Assembly: GCF_006345805.1 (NCBI RefSeq)
Contig: NC_043003.1
Coordinates: forward strand, 44,826,001-44,890,000
From: Octopus sinensis
Taxonomy: Eukaryota
Length of the DNA: 64,000 bases
Direction of reading: 5' to 3'
Shown here: piece after piece, positions 23,570 to 37,062 of the stretch
Layout of the letters: every line of letters starts with the position of its first letter
Numbering within the stretch: position 1 is the stretch's first letter
The notes under the pieces: generated by a model
The model's database searches: none
Told to the model about the DNA's origin: nothing
What the model saw: the letters and a program-made list of their open reading frames with translations, nothing else
Made by a program: the position numbers and the translations under genes

Positions 23570-26391
23570 GGACTTCGTAGACAGGAACTGAAACAAATTA
23601 ATCGTATATATATTATGTATATATGTAAGTGTATGTGTTTTGATATTGGCAACATGAATGACAATGGTCAGAGACTACTTGAAGTTTGCACATACCATAA
23701 CCCGTACATCACCAACACACTCTTTGCCAACAAGACATCCCACAAGGCATCTTGGAGACATCCAAGATCTCAACACTGGCATCATCTGGATCTCATCATT
23801 ACACGAATATCCTTTTTAAATTCTGTTCAACTGACCTGTAGTTACCACAATGCGGATTGTGACATGCATCATTCACTAACAAGAAGCAGAGTGAGGATTC
23901 TGCCTAAGAAAGTCCATCACTCCAAGAAAATGGGCCGACCACGCATTAACACTGCCAGAACCTCGGACCCTACACTGCGAAAATGTTTTGCTGTTTCTAT
24001 CAAGGTTGCCCTCAGTAGCTGCCCAACCTCCTCTGCTGAAAGTAGGTGGAATTATATCAGGGAAGCATTGTATAACATATCAATAGATACTTTCGCCATG
24101 AGAGAAAGGCAAAACCCAGATTGGTTCAGTGCTGGGCTCTCAGTGCTGGAAAAAGTTATCGAAGCAAAGCGTGCCGCTCCGATGTAATACAAGAGTGATT
24201 CTTCTACAAAGTCACTCGAATAACTCAGAAAGGCAAGAAATAAAACCCAACTGACTGCCAGACGCTGTGCAAATAAGTATTGGCAGGAAATATGTCAGAG
24301 TATCCACCAAGCTGCTGACAGTGGCGACACCCATGGGATGTATGCCGGTTTGAAGAAAGCCCTCGGTCCATCCGCAACCAAGTAGGCCCCTCTAAAATCA
24401 ACTACTGGAGATTTCATCAAGGACCAAAGCAAGCAAATGGATAAATGGGTGGAGAACTACCAGGATATCTACTCACGGGAGACCACGGTAGTTGAGGCTG
24501 CACTCGAAGGTGTCAAGATCTCGCCATTCGTGTGTGAACTTGACAATCAGCCATTTATAGCAGAGCTCACCAAAGCTATTGACTCCCTAGCAAGTAACAA
24601 GGCTCCGGGAAAAAACTTCATCCCCTTAGATATCATCAAAACCGGCAAAAACACTATCCTGCTTCGGCACCTTCATGATCGTCTGTGTCAGTGCTGGGGA
24701 GAGGGTACAGTCCCTAAGGATATGCGGGATGCTAACATCATTACGCTTTACAAAAACAAAGGTGAACGTGGTGATTGTAACAATTACCGTGGAATATCTC
24801 TTCTAAGCACTGTTGGAAAGGCCTTTGCTCGCGTTATCCTGTCCAGGCTACAACTGCTTGCTTCTCGAATTTATCCAGAATCGCAGTGTGGCTTTAGAAG
24901 AAGCCGATCAACTATTGACATGATATTCTCCATACGCCAACTTCAGGAGAAGTCCAGAGAGCAGAAAATGCCATTATATATGGCCTTCATTGATCTAACA
25001 AAGGCCTTTGACTTGTTAAGTAGAAAAGGTCTCTTCATCCTGTTCCAAAAAATCGGATGTTCACCAAAGCTGCTATGGTTCAACATAAGCCGCCTTCCAA
25101 TTTAAAAACGGGGTAAAGCAAGGTTGTGCCCTCGCTCCTATATTATTTGGCATCTTCTTCTCGCTGCTGGTGTCACATGCCTTTCAGACATCAGATGATG
25201 GAGTGTTTCTGCACAGTAGAAGTGACGGGAAACTGTTTAATCTCTAGCGTCTGCATGTCAAGACCAAAATCAGAAGCGTCCTGATCAAGGAGGTGCTATT
25301 TGCTAATGATGCCGCTCTGGTATCACACACAGAAGAAGCCCTACAAATACTCATCAACTGCTTTGAGCAAGAATGTTGCGACTTTGGCTTAGTTATCAGC
25401 CTCAAGAAGACCAACATCATGGGTCAGGCTACATCGGACATCCCAAACATACATATTGGAGACCACAGATTATAGGAGATGGAGACGTTTACCTATCTTA
25501 GCTCTACCGTCACCTACAACCTATCCCTTGGTGCTGAGCTCAATATACGCATTGGCAAGGCAGCTGCTGTGATAGCCCAACTAGCCAAACGGGCATGGAA
25601 CAACAATAAGCTGACCAAGACCACAAAAATGAAGATTTACCAGGCATGTGTACTTAGCACTCTACCGTATGGAAGTGAGACTTGGACGCCTTACACACGC
25701 CAAGAGCATCGCCTAAATATCTTTCACCTGCGCTGCCTCCGGAAAATCATTCGCATCAAATGGCAGAACCATGTCCCCAACAAAGATGTCCTCATGCAAG
25801 CAGGAATACCAAGCATGTTTGCACTCCTCACACAAAGACGCATGAGATGGCTTGGACATTTTAGCCGTATGGAAGATGGCAGAATCCCCAAGGGCATAGT
25901 CTACGGAGAGCTTGCTAAGGGCACTATATCTGGGGGAACACCGTTCTTATGATACAAGGATGTTTGCAAATGGGACATGGATGCCTGCAACATCAATATT
26001 ACCAACTGGGAAGCAGTTGCCAGCAACCGTGGAGATTGGAGATGTACCGTAAAAGAGGGAACACAAAGAGTGACATAGAGAGAGAGGAGAAATGGAAAGA
26101 CAAGAAAAGATGTCAACAAGAAAGTATGACATTACAACCAGCCAGGTAAAGTCTTCGCTACATTTGCGGAAACTGCCAGAGGGAGTGTTTGTCCAGGATA
26201 GGACTACACAGCCACAGCAGAAGATGTTTTTAGACATGAAATGTAAAAACGGACTAGATTATTTTATGCGTAACTCCATTGTCTCCTGAGGCAAAAAGGA
26301 TGCCAACAACAATATATATGGATTTCGTAGACAGGAACTGAAACAAATCAATCGTATATATATATGTATGTATATATGAAAGTGTATGTGT
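23562..26391 (+). repeat. ~77-80 bp direct repeats flanking the RTE (23562-23638 and 26312-26391)
   Basis: atatatatgga(c/t)ttcgtagacaggaactgaaacaaat(t/c)aatcgtatata...aagtgtatgtgt sits directly on both ends of the LINE. Confidence 0.85.
23639..26311 (+). mobile_element. RTE-clade LINE (BovB-like), 5'-truncated in the APE domain, with stops and frameshifts
   Basis: APE: NDNGQRLLEVC...SWRHPRSQHWHHLDLII...ADCDMHH. RT: KAPG, LYKNKGERGDCNNYRGISLLS, ESQCGFR, AFIDLTKAFD, GVKQGC, LFANDAAL. Then YGSETW, RRMRWLGH and terminal CGNCQRECLSRIGLHSHSRRC. 3' tail ...ggatgcCAACAACAA. Confidence 0.93.
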
Positions 26392-26604
26392 GTGTCTTTG
26401 TCTCTGTGTTTCGCCCTCATCACTGCTTTACAACTGCTGCTCATTTATTTACATCCACTTAACTTACTGGTTTCACAAGAACAAACTAATAGTATAAGTA
26501 CCAGACTTATCAACATAAAATAAGCACTAGGCTGTGTCTCATATTTTTGTTTGCCCAATCAGCTGTATCTATCAATTTATCTTTGTATGTGTGTGTGGGT
26601 ATAC

Positions 26605-26615
26605 ATCTATATCTA

Positions 26616-26700
<85 letters not shown>

Positions 26701-26723
26701 CTCTCTCTCTATCTCTATCTCTG

Positions 26724-26755
<32 letters not shown>
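26605..26755. repeat. (TATC)n-(TC)n-(TA)n compound microsatellite
   Basis: Direct reading. Confidence 0.97.
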
Positions 26756-27029
26756 ACACCCTAATGAGAGCCTTAACTCCCAAATTTTTGTCATTTCTTT
26801 TATGATCCAAAACTAGGTCAAAATTACTGAATGGATCTTTATGAAATTTTGAAATTATATTCTATGCATAAGGGTCAAAAACCCCCATGACAATTCATTT
26901 ATTTTTGCTGTTGAGGAAATTTTAACCATAGATATTAGACACAAGTGAAGTAATATTTATAAAATTTCATCTTCTCACAAGTTATAAAGGCCCCCTCCAT
27001 GGGGACTTAACACCCACAATTATGTCATT

Positions 27030-27400
27030 TTATCAAAGCAAAAACGAATACAGTTGTGCTCTTGGAAGCTGTACGTTTACCCGAGCATAAAAGTTGAGCA
27101 TTATTTCTGATTCAATGGTACAACAGTGTAACAGTTTGCTTTGACATACACTTACATTGTGATTTCTGCAATGTGGTGCATAAATTGTCAAGTAAATGAG
27201 ATGCATCTTTGCCTCCACTGATTCAGTTGCAAATTGTTGAGTAAATTTATTTGATTGCATACCTCTTTTCAGTCTTTTTATTATCACTCGGTCACACATA
27301 GTCCCCAGATGGTAACATTGATTTCAAGGCCTTCCCAGATGAGTGACTGGTTATTCAAAGACATTTATAGATTGTAAATTTATTCTGTCCAGTTACATAT
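27030..27400 (-). pseudogene. Possible Helitron PIF1-like helicase remnant
   Basis: Frameshifted GLC(x)RVIIKRL resembles GLCNGTRLIIKRL, and RAQLYSF resembles HGQLYVA. Very degraded. Confidence 0.3.
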
Positions 27401-27874
27401 CAGTATAGTGGTCATTTGCAGACTCCAACTTTCATTTCTCCATAGCCCTCACGTCACACAGTTGTTAATGTTTATTTCAGTTGGGTCAGGCCTTTCCAAT
27501 TGTTATAGAGTCGTAATGCATCTTACGGCTGTGCCTGTCACCTGGATGGTGAGGAATCCTACATCTGCAATTGTGATAAAATTCGAAACATAGATAGTCC
27601 AGTTCATTAGAGAAAATATAACAGAAATGTCTAATTCTTCAATTGTATGTAACACGGGCAACGCCGGGTATTTCTGCTACTTATACTATATATTAAAATG
27701 TGTCATCATAAGAATAATAACATTAATTTCTGAATTGAAAAAAAAAAACTCGCTATTAGAATATCGTTATAATAATTGCAATGTTATTGTCAGTCCAAAT
27801 AAGCTTGGTGCATGTTGGAACTGGGGAACAATATGCCTACTGCGTTTTGTCACGGAGAATATATCTCGTTTAAA

Positions 27875-28169
27875 CGCAGGAGTGGCTGTGTGGTTCCGGG
27901 TTCAGTCCAACTATTTGGCACCTTAGGCAAGTATCTTGTACTATATTCTCTGGCCGACCAAAGCCTTTTGTGTGGATTTGGTAGACAGAAACTAAAGGAA
28001 GCCCATCGTTAATATGTGTGTGTGCGCGCGTGTGTGAGTGTCTGTGTTTGTCCCTCCAACATCGCTTGACGTCCCCGTAACTTAGCGTTTCGACAAAATA
28101 ACCAATAGAATAAATACTAGGTTTGCACAACAATAAGTCCTGGAATCGATTTGCTCGACAAAATGCGGT

Positions 28170-28170
<1 letters not shown>
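27875..28170 (+). mobile_element. tRNA-derived SINE (family B) with internal deletions
   Basis: cgcaggagtggctgtgtggttccgggttcagtcc...ggatttggtagacagaaact, homologous to 43081-43497. Confidence 0.85.
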
Positions 28171-28209
<39 letters not shown>

Positions 28210-28212
<3 letters not shown>

Positions 28213-28496
28213 CAACTTATAAACAAGGGAAAAAGAAAAAAACTTGTAATGAAATACATGAGTACGAGTATTTCATTTATGTCTTACGTATTTATCGCTG
28301 ACGAGGAGAAAATTCTTATGAATTAACTCTGAAATTGGGTCCAATACGGTAATAACAGAATTTTTTAGAAATATCTCGCGGCTTACTTTGAGACGTGTTT
28401 TAATAGTGATAAATTATATGGTTATTGACAATTTGTATATTTTCGGCATATTTGGCATTAGAATTGTTTTCGTTTTCCCTTGTTTATAAGTTGTTT
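28210..28496 (+). mobile_element. ~285 bp terminal-inverted-repeat element carrying a hammerhead ribozyme
   Basis: Perfect 23-bp IR AACAACTTATAAACAAGGGAAAA (28211-28233) and its complement (28473-28495), extending imperfectly to ~45 bp. Left end abuts (TA)n at 28172-28209. Confidence 0.7.
28293..28346 (+). ncRNA. Type I hammerhead ribozyme, canonical core
   Basis: UAUCG CUGACGA GGAG AA AAUUC UUAU GAAUU AA CUCU GAAA UUGGG UC CAAUA. Stem II is 4+5 bp, GUC triplet, stem I is 4/5 paired. Confidence 0.72.
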
Positions 28497-28712
28497 ATAA
28501 ATTTAACCTTTCAAGGTATTTTTTAATATGCTGGCCATTGATAATTTTTTTCGAAAAATGTTATCCTATATTAGATGTACATATATATATATTTATATAT
28601 TCATCGATCACAGACACTCAGCAGAGATTCTCCTGAATGTTAACATCTCGAAATTTTAGTAGGTGATGCGGCGAAGTGATCTAGGTGTATACACACTGTC
28701 AATCAATCAGTC

Positions 28713-28756
<44 letters not shown>

Positions 28757-29424
28757 ATATAATACCATATGAAAATACGGAGACCTTTTTCATAATCATG
28801 ATAAAAAGAAATAATGGATGAGTATTTATGATTTTATCAACGCCTGTCGTAATCAAGCCTATTTTGGTAATCTACTATCAAGTAGAATTTCAATGAGATG
28901 GTGTTTTGAATCTCAATTATCTCTCACAAATTTATATTTAAGGTAGTAGGTACCCGCTTTTTCATTGACATTTGAACATGCTATTTTTTGTATGTCTTCA
29001 CATTGTTCACATTCTTATATTAAAGCATGAGTATTATACAGGTCAAATCAATCGAAGTTATCGATGACCCCTGCCTCAAATAAGATAACTGTCTATCGAA
29101 TAAGAATTGCTAGTATTAAGCTTAAATAGGTAACTCAAATCAATGCTATTTCTTACCATATCTGACACAGTGACCTGGAATATGCAGTTCAAAAGTAACA
29201 TTCTAATACAATATCAACAAAGATATTTTTGCTATGATTTTCAATAATATTTTCTACAACAGAGACCTAAAGCAATTCTGTTTTGTCAATTTGCCAAGAG
29301 GCTCTTCTTTGTGAATATCATGTTCAGAACAAATCAAATTTCGATATTATGTCTAGTGAACGACATTATATTGTTATAAATGTTTTTAATACTATACGGT
29401 TATAGATATAGAAAGGAGAGAGAG

Positions 29425-29476
29425 ATAGATAGATAGATAGATAGATAAATAGATAGAGAGAGAGATAGAGAGAGAG

Positions 29477-29515
<39 letters not shown>

Positions 29516-29516
29516 G

Positions 29517-29580
<64 letters not shown>

Positions 29581-29590
29581 GATAGATATG
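29425..29590. repeat. (TAGA)n/(GA)n microsatellite
   Basis: Direct reading. Confidence 0.97.
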
Positions 29591-29769
29591 TGTGCTTGTG
29601 TATATATGCATACATATATCTATCTCTCTCTATATATATATATATGTATATATATATATTATGCTTAAAATAAAATGATAGACTGATGTGTGTCCTTATA
29701 TGTATAGTATGAATCTACATTTGTGTATATATCTTATATGTATGTGTGTACGTGTGTTTGTGTGCCTGA

Positions 29770-29836
<67 letters not shown>

Positions 29837-30097
29837 ATATATATGTGCATATTCACTCACACATGAACAGACATATATATATATATCTTAAAGTTAATAT
29901 ACATATATACATCTAGGATGTTTTATGAAATTATAATATTTTCTAATATTTCTGAGATTTTCTATTATCCGATTATGAATATGCTCGGTTTTATACGTAT
30001 GCAAACATTTCACAAGAAAGAGAAACATATATTCATAAATGATGGTATGTTTACATTTCTACGTTTCCATTTCATATACCATATCAATCGTACTAAA

Positions 30098-30262
<165 letters not shown>

Positions 30263-33200
30263 GAAAACAGTGTTGACAAACGAAACAGCGTTAAATTAAC
30301 ATGGTCATGTGTATACCATACTTAACATATACTCCATTGAAATGCATGATGCCGTTGTTTTCATCTGAGAGAAAATCTCAGTATAGACATGAGGTTCTAA
30401 GAATACACTATATATCGGTGTGTGAAACGCAGATTTCGGCTTTCCAGCGCTTTTTCAATGGTGTTTCCTTGCTACATGAGAAATATATATATTTCTCTTT
30501 CCTTGTGCCTTTGCAGTTAATTGCTAGTCAGAAGACTAGAGGCATATTTCGACCTTCTAGAGTCTTGTGAATGAGATGTATTTATTTTGTGAATCACTGC
30601 CGGAACAAGTTTACATCTAACTCTAACAGATACTGTAAATTAAAAAAAAAAAGCTTGTCTGTGCAGAAATTTTGTATGAACCAAGATTTCATGCTGCTCA
30701 AAGGTGTGTATTCGTTAAGTATCATACATAGATGGCTACCTCAATAATTATATTTCAAAGTCATGCAATTATTCAGCCAGCCAGCTATTTGCAATAAGTT
30801 AATGCATTATTTGCTCCTGTTTTACATGTAGTGGGAAGGGACATATTTCAGCTGGGCTTCTGACTAGAATGTATGTATCATTGATAAGATGGGCGCAATA
30901 TGTCTGGTTTTGTTTTAAATCTCGGCAATGAGGATTTCCCATCCCCCTACGATATATTCAGTGTCTTTTGCGACACAGCATATCGAGGAAAAGATTTTAT
31001 GTCGGTCAAATATTACACCATCTCGTTTCTCCACATTATATATACGTTAAGGATGATTTATACATCGCTACTTTATATAATTATATACTGATTTATACAC
31101 ACACTGTTACACGTGCGACGACAAATACACAAACACACACATGCCAGTGTGATGAAAACGAAGCTTTTTCTATCATACACTTTTACCGAACACATAGATG
31201 CATATTCTCGTGAAATTTCTGTTTCTCATATTCGCATTCTCTGCATGTGCGTATACATGGTGTGTCTGAATGTTTGCGTATGCATCTACATATATAAATA
31301 TAGCTTTCATTTAATTGCAGGGTGTTGCTCAAAATGAACTCCTAAAACATATACATGCTGTTTACACTCCACCCGCGATATTACGAGAATAATAACTGTT
31401 TCTAATGATTAACCGTCTTCATATCACTGCAACTTTGTCAAATAAATCTTACTGTTAGTCATCTTCCCATCACGAATATTCATCTTCCCATCCCAAATGT
31501 TCTATTCCCATCACAAATATTCGTTCACGCTACAAAATCAGTTATAAACTCCCAGTTGCTCCATCCCACAATTACACACTCACACCAAACACACACACAC
31601 ACAGAGTTACACGCACACACAAATACAAGCACATACGCATACATATACATGCATTATGTGAGTATCTGTTCGCGCGTGAATGCGTCCATGCATTTCTGAG
31701 ACACTGTTTGTGTGAAGCAGAGTGAATCTGTGTTCCTGCGTCCTCGCGTGTGTGCGCGCGCATTTTTCTGAAATTGGAATTAACGTTCGTTCATGTTTGG
31801 CATTTCGACAACGATCGGCTTTGACTGAAACGCCACATCGAACCTTTACTTTCAGTTCTGCATCTAAGGTAGTCTCATTTTCATATAAGGTGTACAGAGT
31901 TATGATAAGTAGAAAATTGATATAAGGACTTCTTGCTTCACACAGGTCTTCTATTCAAATGATAGTGATGCCAATATGATTGATTGCACATTATATACAT
32001 CTGTAGATAATTATATAAATATAGACATGATGCCAAGAACATACGGACAGATGAGAAAAATGTTGGCTGAATACCAACTTTCTGCAGCATTTTACATACT
32101 TTTTTTCCCAGGATATGCTGAGAAAAGCTTAGTTTACGTCTCAAAGCAACGGATATAACGACTTGCTGTTCACTAGTGTATATTTTTCATTTGTCAGATC
32201 TCAGGAATCACATCTACTTAGACACGTCGTGAACAAAATCTTTTTATCAGTACTCTTATCAATAATGGCTAAGCTCAACTCAAAAACTATACAATTGACA
32301 TCAATAAGAACCAAAATCTGTAGCACAATCTGCAGGTCCCAAAAGAAATAGTCATCACCAACAACATAATCAAACAGGTTTCTACTTCACAGCGTTGGTT
32401 GCATCTTCTATTCAGATACAACTCACGAGGATGATATGTGCAGCCTATGGTGCGAATGGAAATCTTGTGAATACGAAAGCAGTTATCAGAAAACTTTTTC
32501 ATGCCTGCATAAAATGAATTCCTGCTCTTCGTCGCATCAAGCAGATTTCACAGTTTCCTCATTTACAACTGTGTTTAAATCTATGTAAAGATGGAAAGAG
32601 TAGAAAGACAGCACATACCCTAAGAAGGAGTAGACACATGGAGTCACAAGATACTGGGCATCATACAACAGCTATGGTGGATTGCTCAGCATATTAATAC
32701 TGTTTTAATTTATTTGAACAATGAAAAGGGAAGCACAATCATTCAGGAGAATGATGTTTTTGAAAGTTTTTGAAAAGAAACCATGTATTGTGCTATATCT
32801 AACAAACGGGTGCGACACTTCTGTAATAAATAGCAATTATTAGAACACCTTTCTTGTCTTGACTGCAATTTTGTCAGCCAGAGAGTAAAATTGAGTACAA
32901 AAGCATAAGGTTGAAAGACTAGACTATCTCACATCAGTGAAATCTGCCAAATTTCTCATGCAGAGAATGTTACTGAACAATTGGAACAAATCTAGTGTCT
33001 ACATTAATCTTGGGTCCCATGTTAAAACGAGGCAAAATGAGTGAATTGAAGTGGAAATGGTAACTTCTCAGATTATGACAGGCTACAACAGACATGTGTC
33101 CTGTGAGTGAGTTCGTATGCATGTGTCTGAATGCGGGTGTTCGCGTATCTGCATCTGTGCATAATTCGTGTAGGTGTATAGTATCAACAACAGTTAACTG

Positions 33201-33588
33201 GAGCACTTTCCTCTTCAAACTACATTGTATTCTATAAAATTGAACAAAGAAATTGAATCAATTCTGTAAGCGATATATAACATAGCCTCACTTCCCAGTA
33301 AAAACAAAAAGAAATAAATTGACTTTATCATGATCTAACCGCATTTTTTTAACCATTGAAATATATAGAGTGAGTTCCGGTACAGCCAAACTACCATTCA
33401 AGTCAATCGTTGCCTGAAGGATCGTATCAACCAATATAATATTAGCAATGACATCCTGATCGCAAGCTCCGTGAAAATATAATCTAGATTATATTTCCTT
33501 CATTCTGCCGTTTTCTTAAAGAATCGAATCTTTATATCATTATATATTCAAACACACAGACACACAGACACACGTATATGTGCGTATG

Positions 33589-33589
<1 letters not shown>

Positions 33590-33627
<38 letters not shown>

Positions 33628-33697
33628 TATATATATTATATATATAATATATATATATAATATATTATATATATGTATATATATATGTATATATATG

Positions 33698-33738
<41 letters not shown>

Positions 33739-33790
33739 TATATATATGTAATATACATATATACATATATACACACACAGATATATATAT

Positions 33791-33829
<39 letters not shown>

Positions 33830-33860
33830 ATGTATGTATGTATATATGTATGTATGTATG
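33590..33860. repeat. Interrupted (TA)n/(TATG)n microsatellite
   Basis: Direct reading. Confidence 0.97.
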
Positions 33861-34371
33861 TATTCAAGTATTCTTTTTTTCTATTCTAACAGAACGGAAC
33901 AGATATCTTTTCAATGCAGTCTGTTCCAAGATAAAATAAATTATATAATATATTTTGCTGCTTTTTTGAATGAGAATATCTCCGCAATTTATTCTAAATG
34001 TACTCATGCCTTGCATACGCCAATGAGATCTACGAATTTGCTGGAGACTGCAATGTCTCCATCAAAATCGTATAATTCATTACAGACACTTAAACAATCC
34101 ATACTGCAAAGTATGAACGTTATTACATAATCTATGCCACGTATTTAAACTCCCTTAAATCATTCTCAATTGTCTTCGAAAGGAAGGATATATGCTACAT
34201 TTTTATCTACAATATCGCTTATCTCCATAAGCTATTACTGGAAATCTTGTCCACGTAATTTTTGTTTATATATGAACGGGTGCTCACTCACGTCCTATTT
34301 GAGTGTAAGCATATCTTGCATGAATAGCCGTTAATGTATATTCAAATTGTAATATAGGATGGGACAAAGAC

Positions 34372-34741
34372 GGCGATCTGGCAGAAACGTTAGTACGCCA
34401 GACGAAATGCTTAGCATTATTTCATCTGCTGCTACGTTCTGAGTTCAAATTCCGCCCAGGTCGACTTTGCCCTCATCCTTTCGGGGTCGATTAAATAAGT
34501 ACCAGTTGCGCACTGGGGTGGATATAATCGACGTAATCCGTTTGTCTGTCCCTGTTTTTCTTCTCTTTGTTTAGCTCCTTGTAGGTAGTAAAGAAACAGG
34601 TATTTCGTTCTGAGTTCAAGTTCCGCCGAGGTTCAATTATCCTTTCCTGGTCGATAAATTAAGTACCAGTTGCGTACTCGGCTCGATCAATTAGACTGTC
34701 CCCTCCCCCAAAAATTCGGGCCTTGTGCCTAGAGCATAGAA
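34372..34741 (+). mobile_element. SINE family A plus partial tandem second unit
   Basis: ggcgatctggcagaaacgttag...gagttcaaattccgcccaggtcgactttgcc. Second gagttcaagttccgccgagg at ~34610. Confidence 0.85.
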
Positions 34742-36719
34742 GAATATACGATGGCTCATTGTATACAAGTATGCATGATCACAATACATTTCAAAATTAG
34801 ATGTTATATCTGACTGAGACTAAGCAAAACCAAGCTGTATCTGTTTGCCATTATGAGGTGTACTGAAAGGTTCTTGTCTTTGTGGGTATCGCCAAAGGCC
34901 TGGTTGGGGGCTGAAACTTCGGAATTATTTTACAAAGCTTAGAAAAATAGAGAGGCCGCAGCAATAAGTGTGTGAATGTGAGAGGAAAATCTGTTCAATA
35001 AAACCACAACTAACTTATCCTCTTCTGGTTTTTTTTACCCAAAGCCAGCAACTTTCCAGTATTCCCTCATATACCAACTTCATGTAGCAGCTAATTTCTA
35101 AACTTGCAATCTACAGCTCTAAAATATCGAGATAGAGGAAAAAAAATATTTGAAACAAAACCTAAATTCATTAGGCCTGCAAAAATTAGAATACATGATT
35201 TGAATTGATATTTTTTTTTTCATATAACTGCATAGTAAGTAGTTAGCTGAAATGGAAAAATAACACAACGTAGCAACGTTGTATTTTATCTACTTGGTCA
35301 ACTTAGCGGAAAAATATTCATGTACAATATATGTTTAAAAAATACTTGACTAATTCGATGGCTTATACGGAAGCCGTATAACATGGAATTAAAAGCTTAA
35401 TTTCTTATAAACCCAGTTATCCACTAGCAGATATCTATTTTACCTGTAACATATACATTATGTATGAAGCCAAGGAAATTGCTTGTGTATACTTGACAAG
35501 CTAGCCGGAGGTGCATAGTATTTAAAATATTACTTACTGCTTTAAACAGTACAAGTTAGTTGTTGCTATGCGTAAAAACAATACGATCAGCTGCAGTATA
35601 AAAATGCAGTATTCCGTATACCTATGTCTTTGAGCTGAATAATTCTACGAAAATATAAGCGCAGAAATCCAAAAACGCACGTAAACACATTCTTGTATGC
35701 TCAATCTCACACATTGATTCATTAAGCGATATAGTTATCAAATTACAGTAGCAGTGGTAATTCTGCGGTAAATACGAAATATTTTAGATGGTTGGAAGCT
35801 TGTACAGATCCATAAGAATTAGAGCTTTCGCTTGAAATTATATATTCTTCATTATTTTCATTTAAGACAACCTTTAATTTCTTTTGGATAAAGCTGTAAT
35901 TGTGGGAACAAGACTTACCCATTCTCTCAACAGTTCAAAGTTTCACTTATAAATCCAAGAGCTTCACGATGGTTACAGAGAATAATCATGTTATCAACAC
36001 TGTAACTTTCAAGCATTTTTTACAGTTTTTTTTTTAACTTTATCTCTCAATATAATTTTCTATTCTATCTTGAACATCTCTTATCTGTTGTAAATAATCA
36101 CTTTGTGAGTGTTCGAGTGATTCGATCCTCTGCTTCCATTTATGTCATTGCTAAACCCTTCTCATTCAAGGTCTTCTTTGCTTACTTCTTCTGTTATCCG
36201 TATTTTATAAACAATTATCGATTTTCAAACGAGCAGATAATAAATAATTGCATTTATATTCATCTTTTATATTCACCACCACCACCACAATCATTATAGT
36301 TTTCAGTAACAAAGCTCAGCCCAGGTTGTTTGCTAACTAAGACCATTTTCATTTCCTTTTAGCTCAGTTCAGCTTTTTCCATCCCGCAGTTTACTATTAG
36401 ATTTACAATTGTTTATCACTATTTCTTTTCCGAAAACTTTACTAGATTCTTCATCAGTGTTATCATGTTTCCATCCGTGGCTTTTAACAATTCCATGCTT
36501 AACCGCTGGATACACAAGAAAACTGTGTAAAAGTTTTAAAGTTTTTGTTAATTAACGATACTTTAAAATAGTTTTCTGTTTTATAAAAAATAAGTTTTTA
36601 AATATTTGCTTATATTAAAAACGGTTTCAACAACTCTACGCAAATTCCTATTATACACTTGCCCTGAAATCAGCATCATCCATATGGCTGTTTACATTCT
36701 CTCTTTCCTCATTTTACTC

Positions 36720-36910
36720 TTTTACTTGTTTCAGTCATTTGACTGTGCCATGCTGGAGCATCACCTTTAGTCGAGAAAATTGACTCCTGGAAATATTATT
36801 TGTTAGCCTAGTACTTATTCTATCCGCCTCTTTTTCCGAACCGTTAAGTTTCGGGGACATAAACACACCAGCATCTGTTGCCAAGCGATATTGGTGGGAC
36901 AAACACAGAC
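36720..36910 (-). mobile_element. SINE family B, 3' half
   Basis: Reverse complement of ...gctccagcatggc(c)acagtcaaatgactgaaacaagtaaaa. Confidence 0.85.
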
Positions 36911-36916
36911 ACACAA

Positions 36917-36984
<68 letters not shown>

Positions 36985-37062
36985 GTGTGTGTGATTGTGT
37001 ATAGAAGAATATATTAATAAAAAGAATTCCAACCTTGTCTGATTTTCACGTTTTATTTACAA

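Noticed and set aside
26761-26786. CTAATGA GAG ccttaa CTC CCAAA after a (TA)n tract
   Set aside because: Both the CUGA and GAAA halves are mutated and no stem III/I is present.
30270-30295. TTGACAA AC GAAAC AGC GTT (U3-A8-like core)
   Set aside because: No room for stem II, H17 would be U, and there is no stem I.
33412-33503. CTGAAGG...GAAA plus a 22-bp palindrome AAATATAATCTAGATTATATTT
   Set aside because: Position 9 is G, no stem II, and the palindrome is AT-rich enough to be chance or a MITE scar.
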